Position numbers and translations under genes: made by a program. Below, in pieces: positions 1 to 8,112 of a stretch of DNA of 64,000 bases; positions within the stretch are counted from its first letter, which is position 1, and every line of letters starts with the position of its first letter. Below the pieces are notes generated by a model, which saw only the letters and a list, made by a program, of their open reading frames with translations, was not told the DNA's origin and did not search any database. Source of the DNA: Candidatus Faecicola pullistercoris (GTDB lineage: Bacteria; Bacillota; Clostridia; Christensenellales; CAG-917). The stretch covers positions 38,592 through 102,591 of the forward strand of contig DVNW01000012.1 in NCBI GenBank assembly GCA_018714105.1, in the 5' to 3' direction.

Positions 1-168
1 TCCGACGACGAACTCATGGCCGTTGCCGAAAAAGCCTGCATACCCGAGGAATCCATACACGCCATGCCCTTCCCCATCACGGTAGAAGCGGTAGCCGCCG
101 CTATCATCGCCGCAGATAAAATCGGTTACGAAGCCAAATACGGCTGCGACTGCGATTGCTGCCATTAA
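1..168 (+). CDS. gldA: glycerol dehydrogenase, C-terminal fragment (5' end lies outside the window)
   Basis: Frame 1 is open from the window edge to TAA at 166-168. The translation ...AVAEKACIPEESIHAMPFPITVEAVAAAIIAADKIGYE... resembles the conserved C-terminal block of metal-dependent glycerol dehydrogenases (AEAACAEGETIHNMP...VYAALLVADQYG). A dihydroxyacetone kinase gene follows. Confidence 0.6.
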   Translation, partial: SDDELMAVAEKACIPEESIHAMPFPITVEAVAAAIIAADKIGYEAKYGCDCDCCH

Positions 169-195
169 TCGTAACGCGCGAAGGAGTCCGGCTTT

Positions 196-2034
196 ATGAA
201 AAAAATAATGAACACTCCCGAAACTTTCGTGTACGACATGTGCCACGGCATAGCTGCGGCGCATCCCGAACTCGAATTCGTGGAAAAATTCAAAATAGTT
301 AAGAAAAAGGAAATCAATCCCGACAAAGTCAGCCTTATTTCGGGCGGCGGTTCGGGACACGAACCCGCACATGCGGGCTTCGTAGGCAAAGGCATGCTTG
401 ACGCCGCCGTTTGCGGCGACGTGTTCGCTTCCCCCTCGCAGGTTCAGATATACAACGCTCTCAACCTCACGGCAAGCAACAAAGGCACGCTTATGATTAT
501 CAAAAACTACTCGGGCGACTGCATGAACTTTAACGGAGCGGGTTCGGACGCCGTAGAGGATCTCGGCCTCAATATCGAAGCCGTTTTCGTAAACGACGAC
601 GTGGCCGTTCAGGGCAGCAGCTATACCAACGACGATTACGTAGTCGGGCGCAGAGGCGTCGCGGGTACGATGTTTGTTCATAAAATCGCGGGCGCACTGG
701 CCGAACAAGGCAAGGATCTTAAAGAAGTAAAACGCGTAGCTCAGAAGACTATCGACAATCTCGCAAGTCTGGGATTCGCACTCTCTTCCTGCACGCCGCC
801 TGCCAAGGGCACGCCCATATTCGATCTTGCCGAAGATAAAATCGAATTCGGCGTAGGCATTCACGGCGAGCCCGGCAAGAGCACGGACGACTTTATGTCC
901 TCCGACGAGCTTGCCGCCAAAATAGTTCCGCTCGTATCGGACAACGCCGTTATCAAACTCAAAAAAGGCGACGAAATAGCCGTTATAATCAACGGTTTCG
1001 GGGCGACTCCGCTGAGCGAACTGTACATTTTCAACAACTCCGTTTCCAAAGAAATAGCCAAGCGCGGATACAAGGTTTACAAAACCTTAGTCGGAAACTA
1101 TATGACTTCTCTCGACATGGAAGGCGCTTCCGTAACCTTCCTTAAACTCGACGACGAACTCAAATCCCTTCTCGACTATCCCGTTAACACCCCCGCCCTC
1201 GTATGGGGCGGCGTAGCGGACGAAAGCGCACAGGCGGCTCTCGAAGCGGTAAAGGCAATGGCTAAAGCAATAGGCTTTACGCCCGCAGCCGCAGCCGCGG
1301 CTCCCAAAGCCGTAAAAGCTGCCCAAAAAGCCAAAGAAGATGCTCCCGCCGTTTATGAAGTACAGGGCAAACCCGTCTTCGGGGAAACAATAAATACCGC
1401 CGCCTTTGTCGAGATAATAGACAAAATGGCCGACGTAATCATCGAAAACGAAGTGCCGTTCTGCGACGCAGACCAAATGGGCGACGGCGATTTCGGTATG
1501 AGTATCGCCAAAGGCTTCAAACAGCTTAAAGCAGATTGGGCAACCCGCAAAAAAGCAAACATCGGCGAATTCCTGCTCAGCTGCTCCGAAATAATCAAGG
1601 AATACTGCGGCGGCGCGTCCGGTCCTATATGGGGCTCGGCATTCCGCTATGCAGGCAAAGCCGCGGGCGACAAACAGGAAATCTGTCTTGCGGACTTGGC
1701 GGCCATAATGCAGGCGGCCAACACCGGCGTATACGAAACCGGCAAAAAGAGCTTCGGCAAGGGCGCCGTTGTAGGCGATAAAACGCTGGTTGACGCTCTT
1801 AAACCCTGCGCGGACGCGTTGGAAAAAGCGGCCAGAGACGGCAAGGATATGAAGACCGCGCTTAAAGCCGGCGCCAAAGCCGCCGTTGACGGAGCCGAAT
1901 CCACCAAGAGCTTTAAAGCCGCCCTCGGAAGAGCGGGTACCGTAGGCGATAAATCCATCGGTTATCCCGACGCAGGCGCTTACGGCCTGGGCGTTATTTT
2001 CACCGAACTGGCGAACTTTATCTGCTCTAAATAA
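196..2034 (+). CDS. dhaK: dihydroxyacetone (glycerone) kinase, single-chain DhaK-DhaL fusion (ATP-dependent type)
   Basis: 612-aa ORF with an AGGAG RBS. The N-terminal Dak1 signature is LISGGGSGHEPAHAGFVGKGMLDAAVCGDVFASP; an Ala/Lys-rich linker joins it to a Dak2-like C-terminal half. Confidence 0.9.
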   Translation: MKKIMNTPETFVYDMCHGIAAAHPELEFVEKFKIVKKKEINPDKVSLISGGGSGHEPAHAGFVGKGMLDAAVCGDVFASPSQVQIYNALNLTASNKGTLMIIKNYSGDCMNFNGAGSDAVEDLGLNIEAVFVNDDVAVQGSSYTNDDYVVGRRGVAGTMFVHKIAGALAEQGKDLKEVKRVAQKTIDNLASLGFALSSCTPPAKGTPIFDLAEDKIEFGVGIHGEPGKSTDDFMSSDELAAKIVPLVSDNAVIKLKKGDEIAVIINGFGATPLSELYIFNNSVSKEIAKRGYKVYKTLVGNYMTSLDMEGASVTFLKLDDELKSLLDYPVNTPALVWGGVADESAQAALEAVKAMAKAIGFTPAAAAAAPKAVKAAQKAKEDAPAVYEVQGKPVFGETINTAAFVEIIDKMADVIIENEVPFCDADQMGDGDFGMSIAKGFKQLKADWATRKKANIGEFLLSCSEIIKEYCGGASGPIWGSAFRYAGKAAGDKQEICLADLAAIMQAANTGVYETGKKSFGKGAVVGDKTLVDALKPCADALEKAARDGKDMKTALKAGAKAAVDGAESTKSFKAALGRAGTVGDKSIGYPDAGAYGLGVIFTELANFICSK

Positions 2035-2062
2035 TCCTCTTATCGGGAATCATTCCTAATAA

Positions 2063-2095
2063 GGGCGGCGGAAATATTCCGCCGCCCTTCGTTTA
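2063..2095 (+). terminator. intrinsic terminator after dhaK
   Basis: Stem gggcggcgga (2063-2072) pairs with tccgccgccc (2078-2087) around loop aatat, followed by a T-rich tail. Confidence 0.7.
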
Positions 2096-2119
2096 TACCT
2101 ATTAAAAAATGCAAAACAG

Positions 2120-2148
2120 TTGCATTAAAACGAATATTGAAGTATAAT
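2120..2148 (+). promoter_or_regulatory. sigma70-type promoter for tRNA-Gly
   Basis: TTGCAT (2120-2125), 17-nt spacer, TATAAT (2143-2148), about 60 nt upstream of the tRNA. Confidence 0.6.
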
Positions 2149-2208
2149 AATAAGGCACTTCGACAAACTCTCCGTTCGTCGGACGCGACTGTCGGGGATA
2201 TCTTTTTC

Positions 2209-2282
2209 GCAGGTATGGTTAAGTGGTATAACATCAGCTTCCCAAGCTGAATTTGCGGGTTCGATTCCCGCTACCTGCTCCA
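2209..2282 (+). tRNA. tRNA-Gly (anticodon CCC), CCA encoded
   Basis: Hand-folded cloverleaf. Acceptor GCAGGTA/TACCTGC, D stem GTTA/TAAC, anticodon stem TCAGC/GCTGA with loop TTCCCAA, T stem GCGGG/CCCGC with loop TTCGATT, discriminator T followed by CCA. Confidence 0.93.
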
Positions 2283-2286
2283 AAAA

Positions 2287-2311
2287 CGCGGGAGAACCTC
2301 TCCCGCGTTTT
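2287..2311 (+). terminator. intrinsic terminator after tRNA-Gly
   Basis: Stem cgcgggaga (2287-2295) pairs with tctcccgcg (2299-2307), 3-nt loop, then TTTT. Confidence 0.85.
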
Positions 2312-2351
2312 CAATTTACCTTTTTCTGAATACCTTTTTTATTGTGCCGGA

Positions 2352-3014
2352 TTAAATGTGAAAGCGTTTTGCAAACTCTATCCTCAGCGTTTTTCGGCCG
2401 AACACTATGCTTGCCGCTATCGCTATAACGGCCACACAACCGCTTATAAGCGAATACAACAGGCTTAAATCCTCCACGTAGTTGACCAAAAGCACTATCA
2501 GCGACAACGAGGACGTGAATATCAGGGATATGCAGTATTTTCTGAAAAAGCGGCCTATGAAAATCATCATTGAATAAGTGCATATCGCCAGCAACGAGGC
2601 TATCGGCATAAAGTATATCAGCCACAGATTTAAAGCGTTGAAGTACCAGAACATCACAAAGCTGTAAAATATTATGTATATGAACGTCGAATCGAGTATT
2701 TTTTTGGTGTTATGTCTTCTGAACACGTTGTTAAGCACGGCAAGCCATATAAAGCTTGCGGCGTAAACCGTGTAAAACACAGGTCGGAAATCCAGAAAAA
2801 CCAAGGAGAATATAGCCGTTATAATAGCGGCAACCGCCGTTATACCCCAGAATATATCCCTGACTATCAGGCTGCTTTCCTTTTCCTTTTTTATATTGTA
2901 TTCGGCCTCGACGAAGTCGTCGCCCTCTTCTTTCCATACCGCCGCACTGCCGCAAATAGGACATTTAACGACGCTATCCGACAGATTAACGTTACATTTT
3001 TTACATTTCTTCAT
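2352..3014 (-). CDS. zinc-ribbon N-terminus plus polytopic membrane protein, function unknown
   Basis: The ORF track starts at a GTG (3023). I prefer the ATG at 3014, which has an AGGTGA RBS 5 nt upstream. The N-terminus MKKCKKCNVNLSDSVVKCPICG has a CxxC...CxxC pattern; about 6 hydrophobic helices follow. It overlaps the 3' end of the upstream gene by 14 nt. Confidence 0.7.
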   Translation of the reverse strand: MKKCKKCNVNLSDSVVKCPICGSAAVWKEEGDDFVEAEYNIKKEKESSLIVRDIFWGITAVAAIITAIFSLVFLDFRPVFYTVYAASFIWLAVLNNVFRRHNTKKILDSTFIYIIFYSFVMFWYFNALNLWLIYFMPIASLLAICTYSMMIFIGRFFRKYCISLIFTSSLSLIVLLVNYVEDLSLLYSLISGCVAVIAIAASIVFGRKTLRIEFAKRFHI

Positions 3015-4536
3015 AATTATCACCTATATTGCTTTCTACCCTGACCTCGATTCCGTTTTCGCCGAACATTTCCGCCATGGCTTTTTCAAAGTAGCTTTCC
3101 TTGATTGACCTCGATACCGTGAGAACGGCCTTGTCGTTGTGGCTTATCATGCTTACGGCTATACCTCCGGTTTTACCGGCGTGCAAAGTAAACTCGTAAC
3201 GGTCGATAAAGTTGTCGAGTTCCGCGGGGCATTGCTGGCGTCCGAGGTTGCTGAAACTCATGGTACTCATTCTGTCGCCCAGAAAGACTTTGGCAATATT
3301 AAGACCGATTTTTTTAAGTTCCATGGGAAGAATGCGCATTATGAACATTTTTTCGCTGTTGACGTTGGTATTAATGTTCGCCTGCAAACTCTTTTCGGTA
3401 AGCTGCCCGGCAAGCTGCGTTTTCACAAGTCCTACCAGTGAGTCGATATCGGCGTTTTCGACAACGGGCGGAACGGTTACGTTGGCGAAATACGCAAAAT
3501 TACGCAGGGACTCCGACGGGAAAATTTTCCTGAGATTAACGGGAACCTGTATAACGGCATTGCGTTTCATGCGCTTGGTAAAAGCCCGACGCTCAAGTAT
3601 GGTTTTGGCTATATACGCCGTAATCAGTTCGGTTACCGTAGCGTTGTGAGCGTGCGCGGCTTTCAGTACGTCGCCTGTATTCACGATGAAATGCGTTACT
3701 ACATTACGTCCTTTTTTAAGCGGTTTGCCGTCGAAATGATACGAAGGGGCGTACTTGCGGCGCGCCTTTTTGCTCTTGTTGAAATAGCGGATAAAGCTGT
3801 CTTCCGTTTCGGTTTCGGACGGATAATCGTCACTGTTTTTACAGTTGACGTATTCGGTTATCCGGCCGTGTTTAAGCATATAGTATCGCGCAAGCAGGCT
3901 GTTCAGGAAAATCACGGCGCCGGTTCCGTCCGTTATGCTGTGGAACACTTCAACCGCCACCCTGTTTTTATAATAGAGTACTCTGAAAAGATAACCTTCC
4001 TTATTGAGTCTGAAATAATGCATGGGATATCTGGTATCCGTCTTTACCGACGGCAGTATGTATACGGGTTCGAAGTAATACCAGAAAAGGCCTTTTTTCA
4101 GAGTTACCATCATGGTAGGAAAGCGTACCACAAGATCTTCGAGTGCCTGTTGCAGAATTTTGGGATCTATTTCCTCGTTGACTACCGCCGATACGCGGAA
4201 CACAGAAGAGCCTTTACCGCCTATTTCTGTGGGAAAGACCTTGGCGGCGTTATCGAGTTTATACCAGTCGTCCTTAGAAAGCTGTACGTTTTTTGCTTTT
4301 TTGGGTTTTATTCTTTCCTTTTTTACAACGGGTTTGTCGCCCAGAAGTTCGTCATAAGTCACGCCGAAAGTTTTTGTGAGATTCTGAATCTGCTCCATAT
4401 CGGGGAAACAGCCTCCTACCTCCCACTTGCTTACGGCCTTGTCGCTTACCATCAGTTTTTCTGCAAGCTCGACCTGCGTCAGACCTGCGTCTTTACGGAG
4501 CTGGGCTATTTTTTTGCCTAAGGTTTTAGCGTCCAT
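3001..4536 (-). CDS. XRE-family HTH domain fused to a condensation/alcohol-acyltransferase-like domain (HxxxDG)
   Basis: The N-terminus LGKKIAQLRKDAGLTQVELAEKLMVSDKAVSKWEVG is a typical HTH_3 domain. Residues 199-204, HSITDG (nt 3925-3942), match the catalytic HxxxDG motif of the condensation/WS-DGAT/PapA5 acyltransferase superfamily. No transmembrane segment. Confidence 0.8.
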   Translation of the reverse strand: MDAKTLGKKIAQLRKDAGLTQVELAEKLMVSDKAVSKWEVGGCFPDMEQIQNLTKTFGVTYDELLGDKPVVKKERIKPKKAKNVQLSKDDWYKLDNAAKVFPTEIGGKGSSVFRVSAVVNEEIDPKILQQALEDLVVRFPTMMVTLKKGLFWYYFEPVYILPSVKTDTRYPMHYFRLNKEGYLFRVLYYKNRVAVEVFHSITDGTGAVIFLNSLLARYYMLKHGRITEYVNCKNSDDYPSETETEDSFIRYFNKSKKARRKYAPSYHFDGKPLKKGRNVVTHFIVNTGDVLKAAHAHNATVTELITAYIAKTILERRAFTKRMKRNAVIQVPVNLRKIFPSESLRNFAYFANVTVPPVVENADIDSLVGLVKTQLAGQLTEKSLQANINTNVNSEKMFIMRILPMELKKIGLNIAKVFLGDRMSTMSFSNLGRQQCPAELDNFIDRYEFTLHAGKTGGIAVSMISHNDKAVLTVSRSIKESYFEKAMAEMFGENGIEVRVESNIGDNYEEM

Positions 4537-4665
4537 AAAAATCTCCTTTAAATGTCAACGCATTTATGATATAACATCGGGGCCGATTTGTAAACCTGCC
4601 GAAACTAGATTTAAGGTTTTTTTTGACTCTACCTCTTTTTTATCCGAAAATATCTCAATCTACTT

Positions 4666-4691
4666 AAAAAACCGACGGATTTCTCCGTCGG
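4666..4691 (-). terminator. intrinsic terminator after trxB
   Basis: Stem ccgacgga (4672-4679) pairs with tccgtcgg (4684-4691). The A-run at 4666-4671 is a U-tract on the minus strand. It lies 12 nt past the trxB stop. Confidence 0.85.
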
Positions 4692-4702
4692 TTTTTCTGA
4701 TG

Positions 4703-5608
4703 TCAGATTCTGTCCGTATATTCGCAGGCGGCCAGAGCGGATACCGCTCCGTCGGCCACCGCCGTTACAAGTTGCCGTACCGTTTTCGTACGGCAATCGC
4801 CGGCTGCAAAGACGCCTTCGATATTGGTTCTGCAGTCCTCTCCCGCTTTTATGTAGCCGTTTTCGTCCTTGTCTATGCCTTCGGTGATTGCGGTTTCCGG
4901 CACAACCCCTATCGCCACGAACACTCCGTCCAAAGCGATTTTAAAGTCGTCCGAATTTTTTACGCTTACTTCTATACCCGTAAGCACTCCGTCGTTTGCC
5001 AGAAGGGATTTGACGGTGGCGTTAAGCACCTGCTTTATACAAGGCTTGTCCGCAAGCCTGGAGACAAGCTCTTTTTCGGCCCTGTAAGCATCGCGGCGGT
5101 GAATAAGGTAAACCTCCGAACAGTAAGCCGACAAGTAAAGCGCGTCCTGCAAAGCCGTATTTCCGCCACCGACGACGGCGACTTTCTTGCCTTTGAAAAA
5201 AGCTCCGTCACATACCGCGCAATAGGATATTCCGCTGCCTATAAGTTCCTCTTCTCCGGGAAGCCCCAGAGGACGGTGTCCCGCGCCCAAAGCGATTATC
5301 ACGCTCAAAGCCTCGTACTCTGCGCCGTCGGTTATCACTTTTTTGACCTTGCCTTTGAGATTGAGGCTTTTTATCTCGGCAGGCTCAACCTCTGCGCCCG
5401 CAGCAATAACCTGCTCGATAAGATTTTCCGCAAGCTCGTTACCGCTGGCCTGAACTACGGCGGGATAATTTTCAACCTTCGGCGAAAAGGTGATTTGTCC
5501 GCCGAAGGTATTTTTTTCTACAATAAGCACTTTTTTTCCGGCCCGTGCGCCGTACAGCGCCGCGGTCATACCGGCAAAACCCGCGCCTAAAACGATAATA
5601 TCGTACAT
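4703..5608 (-). CDS. trxB: thioredoxin-disulfide reductase
   Basis: N-terminal FAD-binding site IIVLGAGFAGMTAALYGARAG and redox-active CAVCDG. The start codon is 1 nt after the nrdD stop. Confidence 0.92.
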   Translation of the reverse strand: MYDIIVLGAGFAGMTAALYGARAGKKVLIVEKNTFGGQITFSPKVENYPAVVQASGNELAENLIEQVIAAGAEVEPAEIKSLNLKGKVKKVITDGAEYEALSVIIALGAGHRPLGLPGEEELIGSGISYCAVCDGAFFKGKKVAVVGGGNTALQDALYLSAYCSEVYLIHRRDAYRAEKELVSRLADKPCIKQVLNATVKSLLANDGVLTGIEVSVKNSDDFKIALDGVFVAIGVVPETAITEGIDKDENGYIKAGEDCRTNIEGVFAAGDCRTKTVRQLVTAVADGAVSALAACEYTDRI

Positions 5609-5609
5609 A

Positions 5610-7982
5610 TTACTGCATTTCTACAAACTTCTTGATGTTGGAAGCGTTGGCGAATTTCTGATAACCGTCGCCCGCTACCGCTACCAGCGTGGGAGCCTGT
5701 CTTACGTCGAATTTTTTGACGAGATCCTCTCTTTCTTCCGCGTCGATTACCTCATACTCTATACCCGCTTTATCGAGTACGGCTTTGGCAAGTTTGCAGT
5801 TGGGACAGGTTTTGGTGGTGAACAGCATCAGCTTGACGCTTTCGGAAACCGTAACCGTTTCGGCCGAGCAGCAGCTTTCCATAACTCTTTCCTTTTTTAC
5901 AAGGCGGGAGTTGACTATATCGTAAACTTTGCGCTCCTTGAATTCCTGTACCTTGCCGTCGTTCCAGTTCTGTACCGGACGGTAGTAACCCGTGATTCTG
6001 CTGTAAACCTCTGCGTCCTGACCGCACTTGGGACACTTGAAACTTTCGCCGCTTATATAGCCGTGCTCCTTGCATACGGAATATGTGGGCGACAGCGTGT
6101 AATAAGGCAGTTTATAGTTTTCGGCAATCTTCCTGACAAGCGACGCAGCAGCTTTCCAGTCGGGCAGTTTTTCGCCCAAAAAGGCGTGGAATACCGTACC
6201 CGAAGTGTAAAGGGTCTGCAATTCGTCCTGAATGTCGAGAGCTTCGAAAATATCCGCGGTATAGCCTACGGGCAGATGCGAGCTGTTGGTGTAGTAAGGC
6301 GTGGCGTTCTTATCCGGCGAAGCGGTAATAATGTCGGGATAGCGCTTTACGTCGTGCTTGGCAAGCCTGTAAGAAGTAGATTCGGCAGGCGTCGCTTCGA
6401 GGTTGTAAAGGTCGCCGTACATCTCCTGATAATCGCTGAGGCGTTCGCGCATGTGGTTTAATACCTCTTTGGTAAATTCCTGCGTTTCGGGATGAGTCAT
6501 GTCTTTTCTCAGCCACTTTGCATTAAGGCCCGCTTCGTTCATGCCTACAAGACCTATGGTCGAGAAATGGTTGTCGAAAGTGCCAAGATACCTCTTTGTG
6601 TAAGGATACAGACCTTCCTGCATAAGTTTGGTTATGATAGTCCTCTTTACTTTCAAAGACCTGGCGGAAATGTCCATCATCCTGTCGAGACGCTTGTAAA
6701 AATCTTCCTTGTCCTTGGCCAGATATGCGATTCTGGGCATGTTTATGGTTACTACGCCTACCGAACCCGTGCTCTCGCCCGAGCCGAAAAAGCCGCCCGA
6801 TTTCTTTCTGAGTTCCCTCAAATCCAGCCTTAAACGGCAGCACATGCTGCGTACGTCGCTGGGCTCCATGTCGCTGTTGATATAGTTGGAAAAATAGGGC
6901 GTGCCGTATTTTGCCGTCATTTCGAACAGCAGTTTGTTGTTTTCGGTTTCGGACCAGTCGAAATCGCGCGTGATGGAATAGGTGGGTATGGGATACTGGA
7001 AGCCCCTGCCGTTGGCGTCGCCCTCGATCATGACCTCGATAAAGGCCTTGTTTACCATGCGCATTTCTTCCACGCAGTCTTTGTATTTGAAATCCATTTC
7101 CTTGCCGCCTACTATCGCGGGCAGTTCGGCGAGGTCGTTGGGCACGGTCCAGTCAAGCGTTATATTGGTAAAGGGAGACTGAGTGCCCCATCTGCTGGGC
7201 GTGTTTACGCCGTAAATGAAAGACTGTATGCACTGTTTGACCTCTTTATAGCTTAAATTGTCAACCTTTACGAAGGGGGCGAGATAGGTGTCGAACGACG
7301 AAAATGCCTGAGCTCCGGCCCACTCGTTCTGCATAATGCCCAGAAAGTTTACCATCTGATTGCAAAGAGTGGACAAGTGCGAGGCGGGCGAAGAGGTAAT
7401 CTTACCCTTTATTCCGCCGAGACCTTCCTGTATAAGCTGTTTCAGCGACCATCCCGCGCAGTACCCCGTAAGCATGGACAGATCGTGTATGTGAATATCC
7501 GCTTCCCTGTGAGCGTTTGCTATTTCCTCGTCGTAGACTTCGGAAAGCCAGTAATTAGCCGTAATTGCGCCGGAGTTGCTGAGTATAAGACCGCCTACCG
7601 AGTAAGTTACGGTGGAATTTTCCTTGACGCGCCAGTCGTTTATTTTTACGTAATTGTCCACTATCTCCTTGTAGTCGAGTATGGTGGACTTCATGTTTCT
7701 TATCTTTTCGCGCTGCTTGCGGTATAAAATGTATGCCTTAGCCACTTCGGCGTAGTCCGCCTGAATGAGAACGGATTCCACGCTGTCCTGTATATCCTCT
7801 ACCTGTATCAGCGAGTTTTTGATTTTAGACTGAAAATCTGCCGTTACTTTTAACGCCAGCAGGTCGATAACGGTGTCGTGATACTCCGTTTCGGTGGCTT
7901 CGAAAGCCTTTTTGATTGCCTGACTTATCTTGGATATGTCAAACTCGGTTATTTTGCCGTCTCTTTTGATTACCTTGTACAT
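5610..7982 (-). CDS. nrdD: anaerobic (class III) ribonucleoside-triphosphate reductase with a C-terminal glutaredoxin/NrdH-like CPNC domain
   Basis: 790 aa. N-terminal ATP-cone (MYKVIKRDGKITEFDISKI), a Zn-site CxxC pair ahead of the glycyl-radical motif SRITGYYRPV (Gly about aa 665), then a roughly 100-aa extension containing LFTTKTCPNCKLAKAVLDKAGIEYEVID (CPNC at nt 5796-5807). Confidence 0.92.
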   Translation of the reverse strand: MYKVIKRDGKITEFDISKISQAIKKAFEATETEYHDTVIDLLALKVTADFQSKIKNSLIQVEDIQDSVESVLIQADYAEVAKAYILYRKQREKIRNMKSTILDYKEIVDNYVKINDWRVKENSTVTYSVGGLILSNSGAITANYWLSEVYDEEIANAHREADIHIHDLSMLTGYCAGWSLKQLIQEGLGGIKGKITSSPASHLSTLCNQMVNFLGIMQNEWAGAQAFSSFDTYLAPFVKVDNLSYKEVKQCIQSFIYGVNTPSRWGTQSPFTNITLDWTVPNDLAELPAIVGGKEMDFKYKDCVEEMRMVNKAFIEVMIEGDANGRGFQYPIPTYSITRDFDWSETENNKLLFEMTAKYGTPYFSNYINSDMEPSDVRSMCCRLRLDLRELRKKSGGFFGSGESTGSVGVVTINMPRIAYLAKDKEDFYKRLDRMMDISARSLKVKRTIITKLMQEGLYPYTKRYLGTFDNHFSTIGLVGMNEAGLNAKWLRKDMTHPETQEFTKEVLNHMRERLSDYQEMYGDLYNLEATPAESTSYRLAKHDVKRYPDIITASPDKNATPYYTNSSHLPVGYTADIFEALDIQDELQTLYTSGTVFHAFLGEKLPDWKAAASLVRKIAENYKLPYYTLSPTYSVCKEHGYISGESFKCPKCGQDAEVYSRITGYYRPVQNWNDGKVQEFKERKVYDIVNSRLVKKERVMESCCSAETVTVSESVKLMLFTTKTCPNCKLAKAVLDKAGIEYEVIDAEEREDLVKKFDVRQAPTLVAVAGDGYQKFANASNIKKFVEMQ

Positions 7983-8018
7983 AACTCTTCCTCCGTTGGC
8001 CTTTAATCTTGCCTTTTC

Positions 8019-8047
8019 ATTGTATCACGGCATATATGCTTTGTCAA
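8019..8047 (-). promoter_or_regulatory. sigma70-type promoter for nrdD-trxB
   Basis: On the minus strand: TTGACA (8047-8042), 17-nt spacer, TACAAT (8024-8019). Confidence 0.6.
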
Positions 8048-8055
8048 ACAAAAAA

Positions 8056-8071
8056 CCACTATATATTGTGG
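8056..8071. promoter_or_regulatory. NrdR box (promoter-proximal)
   Basis: CCACTATATATTGTGG is a 16-bp near-palindrome that matches the NrdR operator pattern (CAC-AT-rich core-GTG). It lies just upstream of the -35 element. Confidence 0.75.
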
Positions 8072-8087
8072 TCTTTGTAAAAAATTT

Positions 8088-8103
8088 ATACTATATATTG
8101 TTG
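8088..8103. promoter_or_regulatory. NrdR box (distal, weaker arms)
   Basis: ATACTATATATTGTTG shares the 12-nt core ACTATATATTGT with the proximal box. Box starts are 32 bp apart (about three helical turns), as is typical for tandem NrdR boxes. Confidence 0.6.
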
Positions 8104-8112
8104 AACGGGTTT

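Noticed and set aside
2040-2468. ORFs at 2040-2234 (-) and 2253-2468 (+) around the tRNA
   Set aside because: They overlap the tRNA-Gly gene, its promoter and its terminator. They have no RBS and implausible composition.
2209-4702. Possible tRNA-associated genomic island carrying the HTH-condensation gene pair
   Set aside because: The region has no integrase or recombinase. I did not spot a direct repeat of the tRNA 3' end downstream, and there is no obvious compositional break. I treat it as ordinary chromosomal context.
7983-8112. Riboswitch (for example cobalamin) in the nrdD leader
   Set aside because: The leader from the predicted promoter is only about 35 nt. The conserved-looking elements are DNA palindromes of NrdR-box type, not RNA structure.
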